From Syntrophomonadaceae bacterium (GTDB taxonomy: Bacteria > Bacillota > Syntrophomonadia > Syntrophomonadales > Syntrophothermaceae), in contig JAAZLJ010000087.1 in assembly GCA_012799365.1 (NCBI GenBank), forward strand, positions 393 through 64,392: a DNA stretch of 64,000 nucleotides. Direction: 5' to 3'. The position numbers and the translations under genes are program-made. Position 1 is the stretch's first letter. Each line of letters begins with the position of its first letter. Below the pieces are notes generated by a model. That model was not told the DNA's origin and ran no database searches. It saw only the letters and a list, made by a program, of their open reading frames with translations. This document shows positions 53,796-64,000 of the stretch, piece after piece.

Positions 53796-53816
53796 GCCAA
53801 AGGGACGGTTCTTGTG
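53796..53816 (+). repeat. 21-bp direct repeat, right copy
   Basis: Perfect match to 53021-53041; starts 5 nt after the MNT stop. Confidence 0.95.
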
Positions 53817-53875
53817 TCTGGTACAGGATAAACTGGCAGCAAGGTCTGGACTTACTATCAATGAAATTAAAAAAC

Positions 53876-53920
53876 ATCACCCTCTGCTCAAACGATAGAC
53901 GGGGGTGATTTTTATTTTTT
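53876..53920 (+). terminator. Rho-independent terminator
   Basis: ATCACCC...GGGTGAT stem (with an inner TCT/AGA extension) followed by TTTTATTTTTT. Confidence 0.6.
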
Positions 53921-53953
53921 CGGCGTCCATCAGCGTTCATATGCGGTTTAAGC
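53921..53953 (-). repeat. Repeat module A fragment, reverse orientation
   Basis: CGGCGTCCATCAGCGTTCATATGCGGTTTAAGC is a degenerate reverse complement of TTGAAACCGCAGATGAACGCTGATGGACGC. Confidence 0.75.
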
Positions 53954-54023
53954 CAGGGATAGCGCATTATTTCTGATCGGAGGGCAATACTAATAAAGGC
54001 CTTTTCTGAAAGGAGTAAATTGA

Positions 54024-54488
54024 ATGAACGCCAGGAACCTGCTAGGTATGCCAGTAGTCGTAACCAGTCAGGGAGAATTGATAGGAGAGGTCTGTGATCT
54101 GGTTTTGAAACGAAGCCTGAAGGTGGAGGGCCTGGTGGTGAAGGGGAAGGGCTCACAGAGGTTGGTTAAGTGCCCGGACTTCATTATTGGTGAGGATTCG
54201 GTTTTGGTAACTAACACTGAAGGTTTAAAACCTTACGTAGAGCGGGAAGAATTAAGTTATAAGGGAAACATGGGACAATCGTTACTGGATGTGGAGGGTC
54301 GCGAGGTAGGAATCGTCAGTGACGTGATTCTAGAGCCTGAGACCCGGGAAACCATAGGGGTAGAAATCTCTGAAGGTCTAATTCGGGATTTCCTGGAAGG
54401 TAGGCGTAACCAGGTTTCTCTGGATGACGTTCAGGTCAACGGGATTCGATTGACCGTGTTGACAGGTGAAGGGAGTGCACGTATATGA
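54024..54488 (+). CDS. PRC-barrel domain protein
   Basis: Two PRC-like segments (LLGMPVVVTSQGELIGEVCDLVL and LLDVEGREVGIVSDVILEPETRETIGVEIS). Confidence 0.7.
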   Translation: MNARNLLGMPVVVTSQGELIGEVCDLVLKRSLKVEGLVVKGKGSQRLVKCPDFIIGEDSVLVTNTEGLKPYVEREELSYKGNMGQSLLDVEGREVGIVSDVILEPETRETIGVEISEGLIRDFLEGRRNQVSLDDVQVNGIRLTVLTGEGSARI

Positions 54489-54658
54489 ATTGCCCAGTGT
54501 GTGGTGGAGTTCAGGTGGGTAAGGTGGGTAGTGACCAGTATTACTGCTGGAATTGTTTTATTGAATTTAATACCCGCCGGGGGCAGATGAATTTGTACGA
54601 AGTGGCCGAAGACGGCAGTCTGGTTTCTATGGAAGATTCTTTTGACATCATAAGATAG
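54485..54658 (+). CDS. Small zinc-ribbon protein (57 aa, below the ORF-track cutoff)
   Basis: ATGA overlap with the PRC-barrel stop. MNCPVCGG...YYCWNCF has CPxC and CxxC pairs. Confidence 0.6.
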   Translation: MNCPVCGGVQVGKVGSDQYYCWNCFIEFNTRRGQMNLYEVAEDGSLVSMEDSFDIIR

Positions 54659-54663
54659 AGGGG

Positions 54664-54858
54664 GTGGCTGGTTTAATGGGCAGAAGTTTTTGGTCAGGAA
54701 TGCTAACCGGCGGTATTCTGACGGTTTTGGGTATGATGTATTTTAACGCTTCCCCGGAGGCCCAGAAACAAGTCCGGCAGATGACCGGGCAGGTCCGCAA
54801 CACCGGTAGTATAATTGGTGACATGGGAGGAGAGGTAGCCCGCGTGTGGAAAGACTAG
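54664..54858 (+). CDS. Small membrane protein
   Basis: 64 aa with one hydrophobic helix (SGMLTGGILTVLGMMYF). GTG after GAGGGGG. Overlaps the next gene's start. Confidence 0.45.
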   Translation: MAGLMGRSFWSGMLTGGILTVLGMMYFNASPEAQKQVRQMTGQVRNTGSIIGDMGGEVARVWKD

Positions 54859-55868
54859 GGTCCAAACAATTTCGCTATGTAATATTGTTGTTGGTGGTTT
54901 CGGCCACCATTTATTTTTTATATACGGTTCGGCAAGTTATAACTCCCTTTTTTATTGCGATGGTCTTAGCTTACCTTATAGCTCCGGTGGTAAGCAACAT
55001 AGAGCAGCGGGGATTACGGCGCACCTGGGCTATTCTAATGGTTTATGCGGTATTGGGCCTGGGTCTTTTCTTATTTTTTTGGTATGGAGTACCAGCTATG
55101 GCTGATGAATTGGGCCAGGTCGCCCGGCTGATTCCACATTATGTGGGAGAGGCAGAGAAAATGGCTTATCAGGTGGAGCAGATGACGTTTCCAGCTGACT
55201 CCATCGATAATTTGATTGACGAGACGGTTAACCGATTGCGAGAATATATATATAAGACTCTCAGAGGGTTTTTGGATAGCATTCTGGGATTGGTAAGCAG
55301 CTTGTTTGCAGCAGTTTTTGCTCCTATTTTAGCTTTTTATATCCTTAAAGATTGGGAATTGATCCGAGATAATTTTCTCAACCTGATGACGGTTAAGACC
55401 AGGCAGGAAGTTATCAGGTTGGGACGCAGTATAGATGAAATTTTAAAAGGCTTTATTACCGGGAATCTATTAGTGGCGTTAATAGTGGGGGTGCTTACCG
55501 GGGGGCTGGTGGCCTTGCTGGGGGTAAAGTTTGCCCTGTTGATCGGGCTGATTTGTGGAGTAACCGAGCTGTTTCCTTATTTCGGTCCGATTCTGGGGGC
55601 CATTCCTTCGATTAGTCTGGCCTATGCCCAATCTCCCCGGCTGGCGGTTTACGTGGCTCTGGTTCTGCTGGTGGTGCAGCAGGTGGAAGCTAATCTGCTT
55701 TCCCCTCGTATTCTGGGAGAAAAGGTGGGGCTGCATCCTTTGTTGGTGGTATTTGCTTTATTGGCCGGGGGCAAGCTGTATGGGATCTGGGGGATGCTGC
55801 TGGGGGTGCCGGCAGCTGCAGTTCTCAAGATTCTCAGTTCCCACTTCTACCACCGGATGGTGAGTTAG
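54846..55868 (+). CDS. AI-2E family transporter (UPF0118/PerM-like permease)
   Basis: Multi-TM protein with ...TELFPYFGPILGAIP... signature. Lies upstream of alaS, as with Bacillus yrrI. Confidence 0.85.
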   Translation: MERLGSKQFRYVILLLVVSATIYFLYTVRQVITPFFIAMVLAYLIAPVVSNIEQRGLRRTWAILMVYAVLGLGLFLFFWYGVPAMADELGQVARLIPHYVGEAEKMAYQVEQMTFPADSIDNLIDETVNRLREYIYKTLRGFLDSILGLVSSLFAAVFAPILAFYILKDWELIRDNFLNLMTVKTRQEVIRLGRSIDEILKGFITGNLLVALIVGVLTGGLVALLGVKFALLIGLICGVTELFPYFGPILGAIPSISLAYAQSPRLAVYVALVLLVVQQVEANLLSPRILGEKVGLHPLLVVFALLAGGKLYGIWGMLLGVPAAAVLKILSSHFYHRMVS

Positions 55869-56062
55869 CAGATGTCCATAATACCGGAGGTATCACAGCC
55901 CTCAGCTTTGCTGTGTACTGCGACGTCACTTGCGGCCGGCGCTCAGGCTTCGCCTTCGATACGCCCGGCACTTGCCGAAACATCGTCGGCTTCGTAGGTC
56001 GCTTCGCCGGGTTACCACACTCCCGTATAGAGTTATTTTTATAGCAGCGGTTATAAGCCGCC
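55868..56062. repeat. Mosaic intergenic repeat (C fragment reverse, then module D forward)
   Basis: Hairpin TAATACC-GGA-GGTATCA at 55878-55894. GGCCGGCGCTCAGGCTTCGCCTTCGATACGCCCGGCACTTGCCGAAACATCGTCGGCTTCGTA. Confidence 0.9.
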
Positions 56063-56094
56063 TGGCCGGGTTAACACATTCTTGATAAGATTGA

Positions 56095-58791
<2,697 letters not shown>

Positions 58792-58846
58792 AAAAGGAAT
58801 ATAGGGGCGGAACGTGGAAATATAAACAGTGGGGGGTGGTTGTGAT

Positions 58847-59107
58847 ATGCCTCAAGCACCCGAAGGTACTATGAGTTTTCAGCGCCAGCGGGACGGCCAG
58901 GAGACAGTAAGGTCTATTCTGGAATCTGTGTGTGCAGCGCTGAAGGAGAAGGGATATAATCCTATAAACCAGCTGGTAGGCTATATGATTTCTGGAGACC
59001 CGGCCTATATCACCAGCTACAAGGATGCCAGGAGCCTTATATGCAAAGTCGAGAGAGATGAGATACTGGAGGTACTGCTCTCCGACTATCTGGAAAAACA
59101 AGACTAG
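58847..59107 (+). CDS. ireB: IreB family regulatory phosphoprotein (UPF0297/YrzL)
   Basis: EKGYNPINQLVGYMISGDPAYITSYKDARSLI; ATG at 58847 (track start 58829). Confidence 0.88.
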   Translation: MPQAPEGTMSFQRQRDGQETVRSILESVCAALKEKGYNPINQLVGYMISGDPAYITSYKDARSLICKVERDEILEVLLSDYLEKQD

Positions 59108-59129
59108 CCCATGCCTGCATGGGCTTTTT
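59105..59129 (+). terminator. Hairpin terminator after ireB
   Basis: AGCCCATG-CCTG-CATGGGCT followed by TTTTG. Confidence 0.6.
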
Positions 59130-59160
59130 GTTATGTGTGCAGGTCAATGAGGTGAATTAA

Positions 59161-60105
59161 TTGAGATATAATCGTTTGGGTCGGACAAGCATAATAGTGT
59201 CCCGGCTTTGTCTGGGGGTACTTACTGTTGGTCCGCTGCAGGCTAATCTGCCGGTCGAAGAGGGTGCTCGAGTCATTAAACATGCGTTGGAGGGTGGTGT
59301 AACTTTTCTCGATACGGCTGAGGCTTACGATACTTATCCTTATATAAAAAAGGCCTTGCAGGATACGCAGGTGAGGCCGGTGATTGCCACCAAATCCTAT
59401 GCTTATACTCGTGAGGGCATGAAAGAGAGTTTGGAGCGGGCCCGGGAGGCTCTGGGGCTCAAGACCATTGATATTTTCCTTTTACACGAGCAGGAAAGTG
59501 AATACACCCTCAAGGGACATAGTGAAGCATTGAAATACCTGGTAGAAGCCAAAGACAAAGGACTGGTGCGGGCAGTAGGTATGTCCACCCATTCGGTGCG
59601 GGGGGTGATGGCCGGGGCCCAACATCCTGAGATTGATGTCATTCATCCCCTGATTAATATGGGTGGCCTGGGGATTATGGATGGATCTCGAGAACAGATG
59701 ATGGCCGCTATAATTCTGGCTCATCGCCAGGGAAAAGGTATCTATGCTATGAAGACCCTGGGGGGTGGCAACCTTCTGCCACGGGCGAAAGAAGCTTTTC
59801 GGTTTGTTCGGGATCTGCCGTATGTAGACGCGATGGCTGTGGGGATGAAGACGACTGATGAAGTTGATCTGAACCTGGCCTGGATGGAGGGACGGGAATG
59901 GCCGGAGTTAGAGGTTAAGGTGGGGAGCCAGCGGCGGAGGTTACATATTGAAGACTGGTGCAGTGGCTGCGGCAGTTGTATAGACAATTGCCGCTACCAG
60001 GCTCTGTACCTGGAAGCTGAGCAGGTCAGGGTACAGGCGGATAAATGCATCTTGTGTGGGTATTGTTCACGCTATTGTCCGGATTTTTGTATCAAGGTGA
60101 TATGA
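59161..60105 (+). CDS. Aldo/keto reductase fused to a C-terminal 2x[4Fe-4S] ferredoxin-like domain
   Basis: GVTFLDTAEAYDTY and an AKR core. C-terminal CSGCGSCIDNC ... CILCGYCSRYCP. TTG start. Confidence 0.8.
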   Translation: MRYNRLGRTSIIVSRLCLGVLTVGPLQANLPVEEGARVIKHALEGGVTFLDTAEAYDTYPYIKKALQDTQVRPVIATKSYAYTREGMKESLERAREALGLKTIDIFLLHEQESEYTLKGHSEALKYLVEAKDKGLVRAVGMSTHSVRGVMAGAQHPEIDVIHPLINMGGLGIMDGSREQMMAAIILAHRQGKGIYAMKTLGGGNLLPRAKEAFRFVRDLPYVDAMAVGMKTTDEVDLNLAWMEGREWPELEVKVGSQRRRLHIEDWCSGCGSCIDNCRYQALYLEAEQVRVQADKCILCGYCSRYCPDFCIKVI

Positions 60106-60117
60106 GAGGTATGGTTT

Positions 60118-60528
60118 ATGAGAATATTGGGATTGGATCCGGGGGAAAAGAGAATAGGGGTGGCGATGAGTGATCCGCTGGGGATTACTGCCCAGGCTTT
60201 ACAGGTAATAACCCGAACTGGACTGGAGAAGGATATTGCTCTCATTGGGGATATCTGCCGTAGTTATGGGGTAGAATTAATCGTGATGGGACTGCCCAGG
60301 AATATGGATGGTACTGAAGGCGAGAAGGCTAAAGCAGCGCGGAGATTAGCGGAGAAACTGCAAGAGAGTCTGGGAGTAAGAGTGGTGTTGTGGGATGAGC
60401 GGCTCAGCACCCGGGCTGCGGAGCAAACTCTGCTAGAAGCGGACATGTCCCGGCGTCGGCGCAAGCAGGTAGTGGACAAAATAGCGGCGGCGTATATTTT
60501 ACAAGGATACCTTGATAGCCTGCCTTGA
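60118..60528 (+). CDS. ruvX: Holliday junction resolvase-like protein RuvX/YqgF
   Basis: MRILGLDPGEKRIGVA...; ERLST. Confidence 0.92.
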   Translation: MRILGLDPGEKRIGVAMSDPLGITAQALQVITRTGLEKDIALIGDICRSYGVELIVMGLPRNMDGTEGEKAKAARRLAEKLQESLGVRVVLWDERLSTRAAEQTLLEADMSRRRRKQVVDKIAAAYILQGYLDSLP

Positions 60529-60629
60529 GGGCTCAAAATTTTTGCTAAAAAAATTTGGCTGGTTTGGGAGAGAATGTTTGACAGTGTTGGATCAATAATA
60601 TTAAAATGTCATTAACCTGAAGAATTGAG

Positions 60630-60944
60630 GTGAAAAGATTGAGTAATGAGGATTTCTTTGACGAGGAACTGGCGACTGTCCTGTTGATGGACGAAGAGGG
60701 GAATGAACACTTATTTGAACTGTTAGCTGAGCTGGATATTGAGGGGGACAGTTATAAGGTTCTGGCACCCATGGATGTAGAAGAATATCCGGACGATGAT
60801 GATTTCGAGGTAGAGATAGTAATTCTTAAAACCATAAACGATGAGGAGGGTAACGAATTCCTGTGCAGCATCGAGGAAGATGAGGAATGGGAACGGGTAG
60901 CTGATGCCTGGCAGGAGTTTATGGACGAAGAGGAGATTTATTAG
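60630..60944 (+). CDS. DUF1292 (YrzB-like) protein
   Basis: Acidic protein with FELLAELDIEGDSYKVLAP. Position after ruvX as with Bacillus yrzB. Confidence 0.8.
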   Translation: MKRLSNEDFFDEELATVLLMDEEGNEHLFELLAELDIEGDSYKVLAPMDVEEYPDDDDFEVEIVILKTINDEEGNEFLCSIEEDEEWERVADAWQEFMDEEEIY

Positions 60945-60961
60945 GCGGGTTAACCCCCGCC

Positions 60962-61170
60962 TTCTTCATAGCAGACCACTATGATACCGAAGGTATCACC
61001 ATCAGGGACATGAAACTACATATTTATGGAGTGTGGTTAACCCGCTTATTCCCCGATAAGTCCGGGGACGGTCCCCGGACTTATTTAGCACACTCCCCGT
61101 AAGAGTTATTTTATATTTTTAGTATTATCTGCGTGCATCAGCGTTTATCTGCGGTTTCAGGGTTATTTTC
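60962..61170 (-). repeat. Mosaic intergenic repeat (C-B-A modules, reverse orientation)
   Basis: Hairpin TGATACC-GAA-GGTATCA at 60982-60998; GGTTAACCCGC; ATCTGCGGTTTCAG at 61147-61160. Confidence 0.9.
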
Positions 61171-61210
61171 ATAGTGGTAAGGGAAATCATGGCGGAGGGA
61201 GAAGAAGGGA

Positions 61211-62719
61211 TTGGTACATAGAGGTAGAGCCGGTACAGTGGTGCTCATTGCCGTTCTGGCCGGAGTCCTTGTGGGTGCTGCCATGTGCCTGTTTCAGTAT
61301 TCTTATAATTACAATCGTTTTCCACCACAAGTACATATAGGTGCAGTTGAAGTGGGAGGTCAAGAACGCGAATCCGCCATTCAAGCTCTGGATTCATGGC
61401 TGGCCAAAAGGGGGCAAGCTCCGTTAACGCTGGTGTATAATGATTATTGTCACCAGATAGCTATGGCAGAGGCCGGAGCCGGGGCACAGGTAGAGAAAGT
61501 GGTGGATGAAGCACTGCGGGAAGTGCGGGATTCATTGCCCTGGTGGACGAGGCTAATCGGTCGTGAACAAGAATACCAGACATTCAGGTTTGAGATACCT
61601 ATTGTCTGGGATAAGGAGAAACTTACCGGGGTTTTAGAACAGATCAAGCCTGATCTGGAGTTAGTTCCGCAAAACTGCAAGGTAGGGTGGCAAGGGGGTT
61701 CAACGCTGGGCGTAACCCCAGAAGTAAACGGGAAGAGGGTGAACCTTACCGCTACTCTGGAGAAGATTCCACTCAGGTGGGGGCAAGAATATACGGTTCC
61801 TATCGTGGTTGAGGACGTATTGCCTGATGTGTGCCAGGCTGATTTTGCCGATGTGACCTTGCTGGCTGCTTATACCACGAACTACAACAGTGGGGATGTG
61901 GATCGTTCTTCCAATCTAGCCACGGCTGCCCGGGCATTAAGCGGTACCATCGTGCCGGCTGGGCAGGAATTTTCATTTAATACCGTAGTGGGACCGCGCA
62001 ATTTGGCCACCGGTTATCGGGAAGCGATTGTGATTCAGAATAATGAATTTACGCCGGGAGTCGGGGGCGGGATTTGTCAGGTTTCTTCCACCCTTTATAA
62101 TGCCTGTCTTTTAAGCGGACTGGAGATAGTGGAAAGGCACAATCACAGTGTAGCCATAGCTTATGTCCCGTTGGGATTGGACGCTACCATTAATTACGGT
62201 AGTCTGGACTTTCGTTTTAGAAATAATACCGGGGGGGCTGTCTACCTGCAGAGTTCCATCGGGAATGGTAGGTTGACCATTCGGGTATTCGGACCTAAAA
62301 ACGCGGCGAAAAAGATAAAGCTAGAACGGACCGTGGAGGCGACTAAACCCTTCGAGGTAGTTAAGAAACCAGATGCCACCGTACCGTCGGGGGAAACCCG
62401 GATTAAACAGAAGGGGGTTTCAGGATATACGGTGCGTTCCTGGCGAGTGTTTGCTGATGAAAATGGCACGGTGATAAAACGAGAACCGTTGGGACGTGAT
62501 GTATACAGGCCGCTAAACCAAATGGTGTTGGTGGGCCCAACGGTGCCAGTCAGTGCGGAAATAAATCCTGGTATTGAGGAGGTTGTCCCCCCTGAGCCGG
62601 AATCAGACAATGGGTCGGTTGTTCCAGAACCTGAGAACTTGCCGGTTGAGAGTGATGATAGCATTCTGGACGGAGCAAATCCAATACCTGACGTTGATGG
62701 TATTATCATTGGAGAATGA
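61211..62719 (+). CDS. VanW family protein (copy 2)
   Basis: N-terminal TM segment and GGGICQVSSTLYNACLLSGLEIVERHNHS. Paralog of 48432-49784 with a Pro/Glu-rich tail. Confidence 0.88.
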   Translation: MVHRGRAGTVVLIAVLAGVLVGAAMCLFQYSYNYNRFPPQVHIGAVEVGGQERESAIQALDSWLAKRGQAPLTLVYNDYCHQIAMAEAGAGAQVEKVVDEALREVRDSLPWWTRLIGREQEYQTFRFEIPIVWDKEKLTGVLEQIKPDLELVPQNCKVGWQGGSTLGVTPEVNGKRVNLTATLEKIPLRWGQEYTVPIVVEDVLPDVCQADFADVTLLAAYTTNYNSGDVDRSSNLATAARALSGTIVPAGQEFSFNTVVGPRNLATGYREAIVIQNNEFTPGVGGGICQVSSTLYNACLLSGLEIVERHNHSVAIAYVPLGLDATINYGSLDFRFRNNTGGAVYLQSSIGNGRLTIRVFGPKNAAKKIKLERTVEATKPFEVVKKPDATVPSGETRIKQKGVSGYTVRSWRVFADENGTVIKREPLGRDVYRPLNQMVLVGPTVPVSAEINPGIEEVVPPEPESDNGSVVPEPENLPVESDDSILDGANPIPDVDGIIIGE

Positions 62720-62759
62720 AACCCAGCATGATACAGCCCATTAAAAAGGAGCAAGGAAG

Positions 62760-63794
62760 ATGAGTGAAGTCAAGGTGTCGGGTGAAAAAAGGATGGCAAT
62801 CAGTATAGCTATTCTGGCGGTACTGCTTATTGCCTGGGTAGGTTTTCATCAGATAAGTCAGTTGATGGGACCGGTGGATGCTGGGAATGAGGAACGAATT
62901 GAAGTTACCATTCCGGCGCAGTGTACAACCTCTCAGGTGGCCAGAATACTTTATGAGCATAATTTGATTCAGAACGAAAAGTTCTTTGTCGGTTACTGTC
63001 GAGTAAAGGGATTGGATCAAAATTTGAAGGCCGGGGTTTACAGCTTTAATAGGGCTCAATCTTTAAGCGAACTGGTCGAAGGGCTGGTACAGGGGAAGGT
63101 GGTAACCGTTGGTTTCACCGTACCCGAGGGATACACTCTATCACAGATCGGCGAACTGCTGGTTAAGGAGAATATTTGTACCGCGGAGGAATGGCAGCAG
63201 GCACTGATACAGGACTACGATTATGAGTTTTTGAAAAAAGCCCCCGGTACGGAAAATCATCTGGAAGGATTTTTATTTCCTGCGACTTACCGGGTAGCCC
63301 GGGACGTAACTGCTCAGCAGGTAGTAGACATGATGTTAAAACGGTTTGAACAGGAGTGGAAGGGCGGCCTGGCAGCAGCGGCCCGGGAACAGGGAAAAGA
63401 TGTTTATGAGGTGGTTACTCTGGCTTCGCTCATTGAGAAGGAAGCTCGGGTTGATGAGGAGCGTCCGGTTATTGCCGGGGTGCTGGTAAATCGACTGAAA
63501 AAAGGGATGCCGCTGCAAGTGGATGCTACTGTTCTCTATAGTTTGGGCGAACACAAGCCGGTGGTAACTTATCGGGATCTGGAGGTTGACTCACCTTATA
63601 ATACTTATCGTTATCCAGGTTTACCTCTTGGCCCTATTGCTTCCCCCGGTTCGGCTTCATTGGCCGCGGCTTTACAGCCAGCGCAGCATTCGTATTATTA
63701 CTATGTGTACATGGGTGATGGCCGTCACTATTTCTCCAAGACACATGATGAGCATGTACAGGCCAAGCAGAAGTACCTCAAGAATCGTTCTTAA
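62760..63794 (+). CDS. mltG: Endolytic murein transglycosylase MltG (YceG-like)
   Basis: N-terminal TM segment, LASLIEKEA and YNTYRYPGLPLGPIASPG. Confidence 0.92.
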   Translation: MSEVKVSGEKRMAISIAILAVLLIAWVGFHQISQLMGPVDAGNEERIEVTIPAQCTTSQVARILYEHNLIQNEKFFVGYCRVKGLDQNLKAGVYSFNRAQSLSELVEGLVQGKVVTVGFTVPEGYTLSQIGELLVKENICTAEEWQQALIQDYDYEFLKKAPGTENHLEGFLFPATYRVARDVTAQQVVDMMLKRFEQEWKGGLAAAAREQGKDVYEVVTLASLIEKEARVDEERPVIAGVLVNRLKKGMPLQVDATVLYSLGEHKPVVTYRDLEVDSPYNTYRYPGLPLGPIASPGSASLAAALQPAQHSYYYYVYMGDGRHYFSKTHDEHVQAKQKYLKNRS

Positions 63795-64000
63795 CCGCAT
63801 TTACTGCGTATAGCTGCAGTTTCATTTCAGAATAGGACCTGACTAACCTGAAATAACTCAGGAAACTTTCAGGTTTAAATATGTTTGGCATTTTCAGCGT
63901 ATTCATAAGTTTTCAGTGTATTCTGCGTCAATCCGCGTATCTGCGGTTTCAAACGTTTTTATAGCAGACCTCCATGACCAGCAGAGAATGAAAACAGCAC
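63795..64000 (-). repeat. Mosaic intergenic repeat (A and C modules, reverse orientation; truncated by the window end)
   Basis: ATCTGCGGTTTCAA at 63939-63952. ...GCAGACCTCCATGACCAGCAGAGAATGAAAACAGCAC matches 35351-35400. Confidence 0.85.

Overview
This is a chromosomal window from an endospore-forming Firmicute with Clostridia-like gene order. All family calls were made by eye from motifs and synteny; no searches were run.

Conserved backbone:
- spoVAF (5' partial) ... lysA
- a DHH-CBS-polyA polymerase/CCA fusion, an M50 protease and trpS
- scpA-scpB, ytfI-ytfJ and spmA-spmB
- tRNA-Gly(GCC), then tig-clpP-clpX-lonB-lon-engB
- trxA and rarA
- AI-2E permease-alaS-ireB-ruvX-DUF1292-mltG

Accessory or unusual content:
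1. A translationally coupled four-gene operon at 26.6-32.3 kb. Its only recognisable member is a divergent Hsp70, and the three partners are unrecognisable. This is my top candidate for an undescribed system.
2. A minus-strand germinant-receptor cluster at 16.9-26.4 kb, with one A, three B and three C subunits plus a small 2-TM ORF.
3. A BcrAD/HgdC-type activase, two DUF2229-like Cys-motif proteins and TrpB2, wedged between spoVAF and lysA.
4. A HEPN/MNT pair bracketed by perfect 21-bp direct repeats.
5. An acidic membrane protein with 2.4 near-identical 228-bp tandem repeats, followed by a frame-disrupted PRC-barrel gene and a VanW gene.
6. Several RBS-preceded small ORFs that fall below the 60-aa track cutoff.

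Almost every long intergenic spacer carries a modular (mosaic) repeat family. It includes ~10-bp phased GC(A/T)GAT arrays that start with TTGAAACCGCAGAT, and hairpin modules with conserved stems, variable loops and a few compensatory changes.

I saw no rRNA, CRISPR array, transposase, integrase or reverse transcriptase.
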